A stretch of DNA of 61,793 nucleotides, counting the filler. It is 8 parts of 8 records of this genome, joined end to end, with 100 filler letters (N's around TTAATTAATTAA, not from the genome) between each part and the next. Parts side by side here need not be neighbours in the genome. Positions count along the whole stretch, not along the records: positions 42,435 to 49,137 come from SRR7504441_828; positions 49,238 to 53,139 come from SRR7504441_829; positions 53,240 to 56,700 come from SRR7504441_887; positions 56,801 to 61,793 come from SRR7504441_891; 4 more parts are not named here. One strand, 5' to 3'. Under the pieces are notes generated by a model that ran no database searches, had not been told where the DNA came from, and was given only the letters and a program-made list of their open reading frames with translations. Shown one piece after another: positions 44,044 through 56,869 of this stretch; within the stretch, counting starts at the first letter, position 1; every line of letters begins with the position of its first letter. The position numbers and the translations under genes were made by a program.

Positions 44044-46135
44044 ATGGCAGCGCCGCGCGGTTTTAAGCGAGATTGCGCCGACGAGGTGTCGTGCGAGCAG
44101 CTGACCGAATGGATCAGCCAGCTGGCCGACCACCTGAACAAGAGCTCGCTCAAGAAGAAGGCGCCCAGCGTGGCTCAATGCATGGTTGAGGAGCATGACC
44201 TGGATACTGAAGCCGAGCTCGCCGTGCTCACAACGGACGACCTGAAGGAGATCGGGCTCTCCGTCGGAGTCGCCAAGGCCTTGGGCAACTTCCTGGGCGG
44301 CGCCCCCGACGGGGCCAACATCCTCTGGGCCGAGCCCCAAAGCCCAACCACCGACGGGGAGACGGAGCCGCAAAGCCCGTCCCCCGGCAACGGGGCGGCC
44401 TCGCCCAAAAGCGTTGCTGCCAAACAGGCGAGCGACGGGCTGCTGGCAGCCAGCCAGAGTAAGCGGGACCGCCCGGCTATACTTACTAACCTGGGGCAGA
44501 TATGGCCAAGGCCCGGCAACGGCGGCTGGGGGGGAAGGAAGAAGCCCCGCCCGCCGATGTCGCGGCGCCGGCGGCGCAAGAGCCCGAGCCGGCCGCACAG
44601 GCTGAGGAAGAAAGCAAGAAGCCGAGAAAGGCGCCAAAATCAGGCGCGCTGCTCGATGCTGCCGTGGGCAAGAACAACACCAGCACGTCTCCCGGGGAGA
44701 TGAAGGAAAAGGCTAAGAAGGACGGCGAAAAGAAGAAGTCCAAGAAGAAGCCCATGTATCAAGACGAAGCGCCAGACATCAAGGAAAAGGATCTTCGGAG
44801 AGTTGAAAAAGTGTTTGACAAGACTGACTATGATGACACCGGGGAAATCGACCTATCGGTGCGCTCTATTCTGATGCGTGTGCAATGCTCTGGTCCCGCT
44901 GCTTGCCTGCTAATTTCCGTGCCCCCGCTAGATAGATAGAAGGCTTGGCGGCTGACGAGGCGTCTTTGCAGGAGCTTTCTGCTGTACACAAGGGCAACGC
45001 GCTGCGCCTGCTCGCGATGATGGACATGGTGCTAGCCGCCCATAGCCGTAACCGGAGCTGGTCTGACTGGGTGTGTGCAAAAGGACGGGACGGGAGAGAT
45101 CAGCAAGAAGGACTGGGTGCAGTGGTTTCAACGGCTTCTGAGCACCGCCGGCCCCGGCCAGTTTAAGTTCCAGCTCAAGTACTTTGAGAGGAATGCTGAA
45201 AAGCTGGGCCAGACGATGATGGTGATCTCAGACAGCGACGAGGAGCACAACTACAAGAAGTTCAAGCACAAGGTGGGCAAAGCAATGAGGAAGCGGTCGG
45301 ACCACGCGGAGCATGAAGCCAAGTTCAACGCGAGGCCTCTCGAGGAGCACGTCAAGTTCATCTTTGACCGACTCGACAGGGGCGACGGCCACTTCTGCAA
45401 GGAGATGATGAAGAAGAAATGCGGAAAGGACGGGGTGGAGTTGATGGAATGTCAGCACATGGATCCTGACATGGATGGCGTGGTGTCCTGGGCCGATTGG
45501 CATGACTATTGGATCAACATGCTCGGGCCTCCTCAGCCACACGAGGTGCGCCAGCCGGCTGCTGCGATTGACTAGTCTCTGGTCGCAGCTTCGATCACAC
45601 GCGCTCGAGATTCTGGAGAGCCATTTGCTGCCCCAAGAAGAAGAAGAGCGGCGCGAGCGGCGCGAGTACTTTAAAATGGCTCAGTCGAGGCGAAAGGTGA
45701 AGCCGATTGCGTGCCAGCCGCGCTGACTGAGTGGGTCAGATTGGGATGAGTCCTAAGTACTCCACGCGGCCGCATCGCGAGAAGGAGGAGGATTGGGAGT
45801 GGCTGTCTAAGACCGACTTCGATAAGCCTGCGGACACGTCAAGCCCTTGGAAGGAATTCAATGGCGGGTTTGATCCCGAGGACTTGGAAGAGCTGAGTCA
45901 GTACTACGAGACCCATGGCCTGGCCGAGTCGCATGACAAACGCGAGGAGCAGAAGCTGATACAGCAGTATGAGGCAATGATGCAACGCAAGTACGAGGCG
46001 GAGAAGAAGGCGGAAGGTAAGGAGTATACCACTAAAAGGCTGGACCCATCGCTGCTTGGTGCGAAGCAGGAGTTTGGTCAACACGATGACACTATTGGGG
46101 AACCGGACAGACCCCCCACGCCCGAATATGTTTGA
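44044..46135 (+). CDS. SAM-domain + multi-EF-hand protein, several introns
   Basis: SAM-like 'LAVLTTDDLKEIGLSVGVAKAL'. EF-hands 'FDKTDYDDTGEIDL', 'DGTGEISKKDW' and 'MDPDMDGVVSWADW'. Confidence 0.7.
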
Positions 46136-46747
46136 ACCAGAAGCCGTCACACCTGCGGCTGTGAGCATCTGCGCGGTGCCTCCTCTGTCGGCAGAAGGGG
46201 ATGGTACACCGCAGCATTGAGAGGGATTCAACGAGATGACTACTATTAATCCATATGCCGATGTCGCCGATCTATCAATAATCCAGACGCCGATTTATCT
46301 GCCACAAATAAAATTAATTTAGTGCACAAGACTAGCACAAGACGATCTATCTAGCACATATAGACATAGTTACTAGCTCTCATGACGGACTGAATCAAAC
46401 CTTAGTACAGTACGTACGAGTAGGTACATGAATCTCGGTCGTCTCGGTCTCGTCATGGGTCTCGTACTCGCGATGATCATGAGTTCGCTTCATCGCGTAT
46501 AGCTAGATTTAGCGCATGCATACGAAACATGTACATAACATGTAAAAATGTGTGCATGGCACATGTACGATACATCAACATACATGTGCACTGAAACGAT
46601 TGAAAACACTAAACAAACTCGACAAACTGATATCTCACTGAATCAGCAGCAAGCAACTGAAGCAGCGCAACTGAGCAGGCAGCTCGTTCGGGTTGATGTT
46701 GATAGAGAAAAGTCAGATGTTTTCTTCCGCGCCCCTGCCTCAACAAC

Positions 46748-48721
46748 ATGGTGAACAGCGCCTCTTCAATGCTCATGCTGCTCAGCGTGCTCGCCGCGGT
46801 GAGCGGCGACCAAACCTGCTTCGATGTGAAGAAGGACTACAAGACCGCCGGTTGCTGCAACCTGACCAAGGCCGAGTCGCGAGCCACCACTCTCTATCAC
46901 GAGTACAAATACGACGTGATCATCGTCGGAGCAGGATATGGTGCGCAGTCCTATCGAACTAATCATGTGAATCACCAGGCGGGTTCGGAGCCGCCCTCGC
47001 TATCGGAAATAGCTCTACATACAAGAACAAGCGCGTGCTCGTCCTGGAGCGCGGCGAGGAATGCGATGCGATCACCGACGAAAAGTACGTCTGCACCAAC
47101 CACGTGCGTTGTGCGCTGCGCCGGCGCTCACGGTCGCGCGGCCAGGGAACTGGCGAGGACATCGTAAACGGTCAGTATCCGAGGCAGGGCACGGCAGTCT
47201 ACACTGTAAGTGGCCGCCCAGCGCGGTGCTGCTAGAGGGCTTAGAGAGAGGCCTGCTAGTTGGCCTGGATAACAGGCGTGTCGCAGGAGGACGGGTATAA
47301 AGAGGTCGACCCCACAATCTTCGGCGGTCTCGGGACCTTGAATCACGGGCTGTTCAAATTGGACAAGAAGTACATCGACACCCACCTGCCGCAGCTCAAA
47401 GAATCGTTTGAGTTCATCTCAAAGATGCCAGACTGGTCTTCGACCAACGAAAAGCTTTCGCCCATCTTGACACCGCTGGGCGAGGACATGGTGACTAGGT
47501 TCGGGGGAGACAAGGCTTTTAATCTGACGTATTCGTGGACAAACCTGCCACTGGAGCACCCTGAGGAAGATCCGAACTACATGTACGAGTACCGCCGGTT
47601 CGATGTGCGGAAGAGGCTCAAGCAGGTCTGCCCCAAGTGCGACATTCTCACTAACGCGGACGTGCACAAGCTCAACTTCAGAGACAATTCCGGCACGCTG
47701 CAAGCAACATCTGTGCAGCTGACCGACGGGAGGATTTTCGCTGCCGACAAAGTGATCATGTCTGCTGGGGCCGTCCAGACCCCAGCCATCTTGCAGCGTT
47801 CCGGTCTAGGCCCCAAGGAGCTGTACACTGAGTGCGGCGACAAGCTGGGTCCCAACCTGAAGGACCTTGCAGTGGGCACGAAGCTGCGAGAGCAGTTTGC
47901 GGCTGTCGTGATTGGGATCATGTCCGGCAAGCCTTCGGAATGGTACGAGCCACCGACTATCCAGGTCTACGGCGGCGACTACACTGTCCAGGCATACGCA
48001 GTTGGCACCACATCTGCAGAGCACTTCATGTACTTTGGCATCAACAACGAGACGAACTTGACACCATTATTCATTCCGCTGGGCCAGGTGGGGCTTGCTT
48101 AGTCCAAGGACGCGTGCTTACGGTGGGCAGGGCAAAGTGACGCCCAGTACCGGGACCGTCAAGGTCAACTGCTCCGAGCCCATGAGCTATCCCCGCGTCC
48201 GTCTCAATGCGAATGTATACGACAGTGACGAGGATAAGCAAACGCTTCATCAAGAACTCTTCAGCTCGCTTCAAAAGATCAATACCTCTCTCAGCGCCGT
48301 CACCCAGAACGCCGATGGCATCCCCCAAGCGACCCTGGATACTTTGAGGAACACTTATACCACCGCTAAAGCTGCAAATGCATATGGACCTCCATTCTTC
48401 AATATTGCAGAACAACTGACAGCACAAGAGAAGAGCAAAGTTCTCCTGCTGAATTACAACACTTTCCAGTTCATGGACTATGACGCGTGCATGGCCAACG
48501 CAACCGCGCTGGGCGAGTGTTTCGAAGCCAGCAAGTTTGCGATTTACCACCTGCAGGGATCCATGGCAGACGCAGTCGATGCGGGCCAGAAGGTGCAAGG
48601 TACGTCAAACGTCTGGGTCGGAGATCTGTCGGTTATGAAGGACCACACTATTCCTCATTCCTGCGGCTCCGAGGCGATGATGTTCGGCCACTATGGTGCT
48701 GGGCTCGCTATCAGCAACTAG
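46748..48721 (+). CDS. Secreted GMC (glucose-methanol-choline) oxidoreductase, about 4 introns
   Basis: Signal peptide, spliced 'YDVIIVGAGYGGFGAA', then 'VLVLERG', 'FGGLGTLN', 'VIMSAGAVQTPAILQRSGLGP', 'IYHLQGS' and 'VQGTSNVWVGDLSVM'. Confidence 0.9.
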
Positions 48722-49081
48722 CTATAGCCAATTGACAAATTACCGCATACATGTACATGATTGTAGCCAAGTAGCTCATGAATACGAGCTCATGAATTAT
48801 TGATCAAAAATGAAATAAAAACAGCTTGATCGAATGCCGTGAAACTTGAGGCCAGCGCGAGTGCATACATGTACATGTACGAGATTATGACATGATCGCG
48901 AGTATTTAATTACACTGTACAATGTCACGACTTGTCGTGTAACGTTCTAAATACCTACGTCTAGCTAGATTCTGAGATTCGAATCTCTACGACTGCTACT
49001 AGCAACCCGAGCACACCGTGATCACGCAGTGATGGTTACAACGATTCACCGGTCGTGATACACCCCCCGGGCTCTTGTCGT

Positions 49082-49137
49082 CTACTTCCCGCCTTTGCCT
49101 TTGCCTTCGCCCTTGCCCTTGCCCTTGCCCTTGCCTT
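49082..49137 (-). repeat. (GGCAAG)n-like hexamer repeat encoding the Gly-Lys C-terminus of a truncated gene
   Basis: The reverse complement reads GKGKGKGKGEGKGKGGK-TAG at the contig end. Confidence 0.7.
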
Positions 49138-49237
49138 NNNNNNNNNNNNNNNNNNNNNNNNNNNNNNNNNNNNNNNNNNNNTTAATTAATTAANNNNNNN
49201 NNNNNNNNNNNNNNNNNNNNNNNNNNNNNNNNNNNNN

Positions 49238-49766
49238 AGGAGTGCCAGCTCGACAGACTACAGAGCAGCCAAGAGACCTTTAAGTCCAAGCTGGCCGACG
49301 TCCAGGCTCAGGAGGCTTCCGCAAAGGATGTCCTGGCCAAATACCAGGGCCAGATCGCCAAGGTGCGAGGGCAGGCCCGGGCGACGGGCGAGCCGCTGGC
49401 TGGCAGGCCTGCGCGAGCAGCAACGAGATTATCTCCATGTTCCAGGATGAGCTGAGCAAGAGCGCTCGGGAGCATGTGGAGACCAAGGCTGAGATCCTCA
49501 AGCTGCAGAGCCAGCTGGTGGACGAGTCTAGCACATTTGATATGATGAAGCAGCACGTGCGATACCTTGAGCAGGTCGGTGGCCCCCGCATCATCAGCCT
49601 GCCTGATCTGTCGCTCTCGACCTGATTGACTGACTTTTCGGGCTGGCAGTACCGTGTGGATTCCATCTTCCGGATCTTTGGCCTGAAGGCTCAGCTGAAG
49701 GTGCTGAACGAGAAGCTGAACGACCAGGAGTCCGTCAATAAGCTTGCCTCGTCGATTGGCTTGTAA
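49238..49766 (+). CDS. 3' fragment of a coiled-coil protein
   Basis: Heptad-rich exons 'FQDELSKSAREHVETKAEILKLQSQL' and 'IFGLKAQLKVLNEKLN' are separated by short introns. Stop TAA at 49764-49766. Confidence 0.6.
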
Positions 49767-50031
49767 GCTCGAAAATACTTAGTTTCACATGTTGGCAAAG
49801 CGGATTGCTTTGTTGGGCTTTTGATCTTGTGTCACGACATCAAATTAAACATGCCGTGAGCGATTAGGCCAGCGCTTGTACTGTGCACGTGCGAAGGGGT
49901 GAGTGGATTAGTGCGCATTGGCCCGTTAGATAGCCATTCGAAGTCAATCGCTTGCGTGATGAGTACGAGTACTCGTATAAGCTTAATTTTTTAATTGTAT
50001 CTATATTGTATCTGTATTGATGTATAATTAA

Positions 50032-52648
50032 TCACATGTACGATCTACTACTTGCTTCGAACCACTTATTTGCAGTGCGCTTGCGGGCTCCAGATTCTAG
50101 ATCCTCTGCTGAGCGCCGATGTGGCTGGTCCGAGGAGCGCAAAGCATCATCGGGGATCTCGAGCTTGTTTTTGCCTCCGGCCAATCGCAGTCCAGCCGCC
50201 TCTAGGCCAATGTCTTCGACCCTCCCTAAGTGTCGAAAGCAAATTGTGGAGCCCTGTACCAACCAGATGAGACCAAGGCATGCCTGCAGAAGATGCACCG
50301 AGGGGTCTGTGAGGGGAACCCAACCTGCAACACAGAGATCAGACGTTGACAAAAGCATGCAGTGCATTCACCTTTCCCTGAGCCACATTTCAAAAATATT
50401 GCCTCTGGCCCTGCCAACGAGTCCACACCATCATATCACGCACTGATGGGGTGATGGATGCCTTGGCAAATCGCTGTCACAACGATGACTTCCGGCGCGA
50501 CCGGCCCACTCCCATCAGGATTCTGGCCAGCTAGTCATCCGCCCACTCCCCAACGCATCATGCATACCTTGTCATCAAAGTCTGGCGTATAGCGATAGCC
50601 TATCCCCCGCTGCCCAATCACACACTCGTAATAACGCTCCTTGAACTGAAAGCCAAACACAAACTGAGCCAGAAACACCAGCCACACTTCACCTCGAAAT
50701 GCTTGGACAGCCCAGTGACACCGACTTTCATCGGGCTGGTCAGCTTGCCGACTCGCTCGAGCTGACCATCACTCATCGTGGCGGGCTTCTCTTGGTATAG
50801 CTCAAGCTGCACCGCCTCCAACTCCGAAGTGCTCGCCTGCAGCCCGAGCCGGAGCCTCTCGAGCGAATCACCATCCGCCTGCTGCCGAGCGAGCTGTGCG
50901 TCCGTCAGCTGCCGAGCCAACGCATATTCCCGTTCGCACAGCGCGCTGATTCGTTTGTCCCGGATATCGAGCAGTGCAGCAGTCCCAGTGAGCTCACTCT
51001 TGAGCTCATGCACCCTAGCAGCCAGTTCGCTGCTCTCAGTGTCCTTCTCTTTGAGCAGTTGATCGATCTTGCTGCTGTGCTCCGAGAACGCCAGTTTCTC
51101 CTCCAAGAGCAGCTCTTCGCTGAGCGCAATGTTGTTCCGTTTCATGGCCGCAAGTAAGTCGTCCTTCTCCCTCATCTGCTGCCCGACAGTGGCTAGCTCG
51201 TCGTGCTTGAGCTCGAGGAGAGCTTGCTGCTCAGCCAGTTCCATCTGGAGCGATGCAACCGACTTTTGCAGCGCCTTCTCCCGCTCAAACGCTCTCTCTT
51301 CGGCCTGCCCCCGCAACTGGACCTCCTGCTCGAGCCGCCGATGAAGGGTCGACCTGTCACCCTTAGGCTGGTTTGTCGCACTCAGCCTGCCCTCCGGCTG
51401 CTGCCTCGGCTCCGCACTGCCTTCCGACCCTGCTGAGCGAGTAAAAGGGTTGCCATCCTCCTCCACCTCCAGTCGCCTCCTCAGCCCTGCAATTTGCTCG
51501 TCCCTCTCTGCCAGCGCAGCCCGCAGCACCGACTCACTAGACTGCTCACCCACCGTCGCGCCTCCCACCGCCTTTTCCTCCACAGACTTCAGCCGGGCCT
51601 CGAATCTCATCAGCTTCTGGTCCTTCTCCCTTAGCCTGTCCTCTGCGTCGCTCCTGAGCTCGCTCTCTATTGTGGCTTGGCTCCTGGCTGCCTTCAGTTC
51701 TGAAACTAACCGCTCAAGCTGCTCCTGAGCCGGGCTCCTGGCCTCCAGCTGAGACCGGAGCTCCACATTTGCCCGCTCCGCCTCTGCCAGCTGGCCGCGG
51801 GCCTGTTCGAGCAGCCCAGCCTGGTGCTTCCGCTCGCCCAGCTCCCTCTCTTGTTCTGCCAGCCTTCCCTTTGCGCGTGCCAGCAGCGACCGCAACTCGG
51901 ACAGCTCAAGCTCCATCTGCCTGCTCGGGTCCGGCGTGCTCTGGAGCAGCTCGTCCTGCTCCTGCAGCAGTGCGGTGGCCCTCGCGTACTTAGTCCGCAG
52001 CCCAGTCAGTTCCCTGGTGAGCTCCGTGTTCCGATCGACCGCGCCTTGGTGTGTTTTCTCCAGCTGCTTCACGCTCTGAGCGCGCAGCTCACTGGCCGCT
52101 TCCGCTATCCTCAACTGGGAGCTCAGCTGGTTGCACTTGGCCTCCAGCCCCTCTTCTGTCGCTCGCTCGGGGCTGGTGCCCCGCCCGCCATGCTGGCAGC
52201 CCGACCTTGTCTGCACGCACCGGGCGTAGGGCGGCATACCGGCCGGCATCAGCGGCCCGGCCACCACCTCGACTGTGCACTCGTGGTCGACCATCCGCTC
52301 CCACTGCAGCACCAGGTGGCTGGCCATCGCCCCGACCAGTATCCCGTTGTGCCGCTGCCCGGCCATCTCGCCCCGCCTCAGCTGTTCCACCCGCGCGCTC
52401 AGCTTGGTGCTCTGGAGCAGCTCGAGGGTCATTGGGAGCGCGCTGAGCACCGCCAGCAGCCGGACCACCTGGGGAACGTCCCGCTCGGCCACGCTGGCCC
52501 GCAGCCGCTGAGAGACTTCGTCCAGCCCCCCGTTGTGCACGAAGCTCTTGCGGTCCGACAGATCCACCCATCGGGTGAGCAGCCCGTCGGCATTCCGGGC
52601 GTCGAATCCGGGCTGAATCCACCCGCCGGGCTCGCCCGGCAATGGCAT
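50032..52648 (-). CDS. TFIIS N-terminal (LW/Med26-type) domain followed by a long coiled coil
   Basis: 'LLAVLSALPMTLELLQSTKLSARVEQLRR...MASHLVLQWERMV' is followed by about 450 aa of heptad-rich sequence. The 3' exons are uncertain. Confidence 0.7.
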
Positions 52649-52944
52649 GTGGGCCTGCTGCCGAGAGCGGGCTGGGAGCGCCACACGCACTCTCCAAAAG
52701 CAAATTGAAAGGAAATTCTCTCAAATAATTAATTCACTGCCACGGCGTTCCAAGACCAGGCGCCGGCTTGAGGTCAGAGGCTCAGAGAGAGTCGCGGGTG
52801 AGCCGGGATAGAGCCGGGATCACCGCAAGGCCAATTGTCTGGCCCGCTATTTAATACAAGTTTGGATAACAAGTACATGGACAAGTACAAGAAAAAGGTA
52901 TTCAAGTAGTAAGTACTGACTATTAAATTAGAAACGAGTTCATT

Positions 52945-53139
52945 TCATAATGATTGCTTTGCCCGCTCCGCCTCTATCCTAGCTCGCACCGCCTCTACTC
53001 GGACGACTGCCCCAAACTGCGCCATGTGAGCCGTCTCGTTGTACTGATTTCCCATGATTATCAACCGATAAAACTCCCGCAACGCGTCCCGATCCCCTCG
53101 CAGCATAAGCTCCCGCGCTGCAGCCAAGAGCTAAGCAAC
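52945..53139 (-). CDS. 3' fragment of an unknown protein at the contig end
   Basis: An open frame runs from the contig edge to a stop at 52945, followed by AT-rich 3' sequence. Confidence 0.4.
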
Positions 53140-53311
53140 NNNNNNNNNNNNNNNNNNNNNNNNNNNNNNNNNNNNNNNNNNNNTTAATTAATTAANNNNN
53201 NNNNNNNNNNNNNNNNNNNNNNNNNNNNNNNNNNNNNNNGGATGTATTCTCGTTTGCACAGGCCCTTAGAGTAACCATACTTGGTACATCTCAGTGCACA
53301 TCAGGCGGGCG

Positions 53312-56300
53312 ATGTTGGGCCAGTCCGGGGCCTCCGGACTGGTTCTGGTCGCTTTTGGCCACCATGGGGTGCAGCTCAGGTGTCCGGTCGGCCGCAGCCC
53401 CATACCGAGCCGGTTGCAGCGAGAGCGGCCCGGTGCAGCTGGATCTTGCAGCCGGCCGGGCGATCGGGGCCAGCTGCGGCGGGTACCACGCCTTGGCGCT
53501 CACCACCACCGGCGAGGTACTAGACCTGCATTCAGGGGGACCAGCCGCCGGTGCATGCCGCCCAGCAGCTCGAGTCCCACGCGGGGGCAGAGCCGCCAGT
53601 GGGGCTCGGGCTGCCGGGGCCGGCGGTGCAGCTCAGCTGCGGAGAAAATCACCTGGCCGTGGTCACCCAGACCGGCCAGCTGTGCATCGCCGCTCTGGGC
53701 AGCCCCGGGTTGTTGCCAGTTGCCATGACAGAACGGTGCCGTCAGCCTGCCGCCCTGTGGAGCCCAGCACAGGGTGCTCGCGCTCTCCTGCGGTGGAGAC
53801 AATGTGCTGGTGGGCGACGCAGGAGGGATAGTCACAAGCATGACGGTTTGCCGGTCACACCCACGCTCCAAGACTCGGCCAGCGCGGTGGGCCAGCGGAG
53901 AGTGCACTTCTGCCAACTCGTTTGCGCTTCCTGGCGTGAAGCGCGGTGATCAGTTTGCAAGCGTCTCAGCCGGATGGGCGCACTTTGGGGTGGTAACTCA
54001 CAGGGGCAAGGTGCGTCACGGGGCGGGGCGTTGTGTCAGCCATGTGTCAGGCATTTACATGGGGCTGCGGAGCGGACGGACGGCTGGGGCATGGGGATCT
54101 TCTAGACCAGGTGCCAGTCGCTGCCCGTTGCGCTCCCGAGCTGTGCTCAGGACTGCCCACGAGGGGTGTCACGAATGCCCAAGGCGCTGCATGTGGCGTG
54201 TGGGAGCATGCACACGCTAGCGTTGAGCCAAGATCGCCGGGTCTACAGTTGGGGCTCAAACGAGCAAGGCCAGCTCGGGGTGCCTCCCATGTAATCGAGG
54301 AGCAAACTAGGGCAGGTTGGGAGTGGCGACCCAGGGAGCGTGATACCGCGAGCTGTCCGCGCACTCAAGGGCATCCGGGTGCCACCGCCGCTTGTTAGCG
54401 TGCGAACCGTGCTAGGTGGATGGTGTGGCGACTGGCTGGGCTCATTCGGTGGCGATTGTGAAGGGCGATGCGGTCAGTATGCGAGGCAGGCAGGCCAGAG
54501 CGGCGGGCAGGGGGGCGTGGTGTATGCCTGGGGCTGGGGCGAGTTCGGCCAGCTCGGGCACGGAGACTTTGGCGACCGTTACATGCCCACCCAAGTCTCT
54601 GGGCTCACTGGGGCCGGAGTAAGACATGTATCGTGCGGTAGTGTCTCTTCTCTGGCACTCTCCTCTCCGTTGGACGGTGGCGCCAGCGGCTGGGGCGTGC
54701 GACGAGTGCCAGGGCAGGGAGTGTCTGTCCGAATATCGGTGCAAGCAAGGTCATTGAGCGGGCTCTGGCTGAGAGTAACGGTTCCTGTTGGCAGGGTTTT
54801 GATAGAATCGACTTGAATAAGGACGGTGTGATCTCAAGGGACGAGTGGGTCAAGGTGACGGGCGCACAGCCCCTTCCAGCCGAGACTATCCAGGCCATGC
54901 TGCCCACGCAGGGCACCATCAGGCCGCTGGCCGGCCCGGGCACGCCCCTCCCTACACCCGCCCACAAGCCGGCCGCAACTCCGGTGCCGTCTATGTTTGC
55001 CTCGGCTGAATGGTTCCAGCCGCTGACACGCGCACCGCTGTCGGGAGGGCAGAACTCACCTGCGCTAGCTGAGGTTCTACGGGCTCTTGATTGTATTCAA
55101 GCGGGCTGTAGGAGCAACAAAGGCTCTTGCTGGCAACTGCCAGGCAAGAAGCTAACGAGGAGAAAGTCCGCCTCAGCGAGACTGCCAAGAAGCTGGAGGT
55201 TTCCCCATCTCCGAGGGGTACTTACATATGGTCGGGGGTAGGCGGCCGAAGGGACGATGGAGAAGCTGCAGGGGACGATCAGCACACGGACGCATGAAGC
55301 GAGTGAGGCCAAGAAAGAGGCGCCAGCTGTGCTGGTGCTGGCCGATGGAAGGCAGGTCAAGCAGATGCTGAAGCGGCTAGGGATGAGCCCCGAAGAGTGG
55401 GATAAGGAGGGCGGGGGTCGGCCGGAGCAGGTGGAGCAGCTCGAGCAGGAGCTCGAGCAGCAGGAGTGGGCTGACCGGCTGGCCCGGCTCAGAGCGGCGC
55501 AGGCAGCAGAAGGCACAGCTGAAACAAGAGGTCGGCCAGCTAAGACGGGAGCTCAAGATGAGCACGACGGCCGTCCCAGAGCTACAGGCCGAAAAGAGCG
55601 AGATGCTCGAGGTCTGTGCAGGACTAGTGCGGCGGTGTGAGCTGGCACAGGAGCTGGCCGAAGCCAAGTTTAAACACGACACCGAGCTGGCTGTGTTGGC
55701 CTCGGGTTCTGACCACATGGCAGTCGCGCAGATGCAGCAACAGGTGTGCTTTCACCGTGATTCTGTTAGGGCAGCGGTGGGGCACAGCTGCAGGCTGCAC
55801 TAGCCAGCGAGGCCGCGGCCAAACAAGCCGGAGCAAGCCTCAAAGCGGAGCTTCAGAACGAGCGCCACACCTCTGAGCAGTTTCGCGACCTGCTCCAGTC
55901 GATGAGAGCGGTCCGTTCCGCTCATCTCACGGTCTGGTCACTGGCAACAGGCCTTCGAAGAGGAGCGCGAGCGTCGGCTTGAGGTGGAGAAGCGGTCGGG
56001 GATCATCTCCACCAAGCCGGTACCCAAGGTCCAGAGCGGCCTCCGGCCGCCTCCGCCCGAGTTTCCCATCGCACCTGCTCAAGTCAGACTCCGCCCATCT
56101 CCCGACAGCTTGGGGGGTCTGATTTGGGTCAGGATGCGGCGCGATCGTTCGATCTGCTGCGCGAAGAGAATCAGAGGCTCAAGCAGGAGCTTAAGGTTAG
56201 AACCAGCTCCAGGCGTTGACAAGAGGGTTGTGCTAGGAGAAGAATCTTCCATTGGATCAGAAGTTGAAGCAGCGGATGAAGACAGTCCAAGTCGTACCCC

Positions 56301-56630
56301 TGGACGAGTACCGCGACGAAATTCTAGCCCACGAGAAGGCGGCCTGCCAGCTGGCAGTGGCTGTGAGCGCGGTGCGGACGCAGGCTTATGACGAGCTTGT
56401 GGAGCTGAAGGAGATGGAGAGGCAGGTTCGTGGTGTCGTTGGTGCCTGTTGGAATCTTTTGGGGGCAGGATTTTGCAAACAAACTCGAGGAGAGGCAGAC
56501 GCAGGTGGAGATCTTGAAAGCGGACGTGCAGCAGCTCAAGCTGGACAAGCTCGAGCTGGAGGACCGGATCGTGCAAGTGACGCACTTATCGCAACTCAAC
56601 GCAAAGCTAGACAACGTCGTGGCCGACTAA
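53312..56630 (+). CDS. RCC1-repeat beta-propeller protein with EF-hand-like motif and C-terminal coiled coil, many introns
   Basis: RCC1 blades 'ASCGGYHALALTTTGE', 'LSCGENHLAVVT', 'FTWGCGADGRLGHGD' and 'VYAWGWGEFGQLGHGD'. EF-hand-like 'DLNKDGVISRDEW'. Confidence 0.8.
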
Positions 56631-56869
56631 TCAACTAATCAACTAATAAGTCCAAGTTCCGGGGGGTACCGGGGGGGGGGGTACGAGGTCGGCGGCCGAG
56701 NNNNNNNNNNNNNNNNNNNNNNNNNNNNNNNNNNNNNNNNNNNNTTAATTAATTAANNNNNNNNNNNNNNNNNNNNNNNNNNNNNNNNNNNNNNNNNNNN
56801 ATTGTACCCATGATACGCAATACTGGTATGATTGACACAAACCGTTCCTAATTGATCACGCTACCCGAT

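Noticed and set aside
46381..46600. Repetitive intergenic tract as a CRISPR array or structured RNA gene
   Set aside because: There is no constant repeat with unique spacers, no cas genes and no tRNA/rRNA signature. It is covered instead under palindrome-rich intergenic DNA.
56659..56700. G-run tract at the contig end as a G-quadruplex element
   Set aside because: It lies at an assembly break where homopolymer errors are likely, so it cannot be supported.
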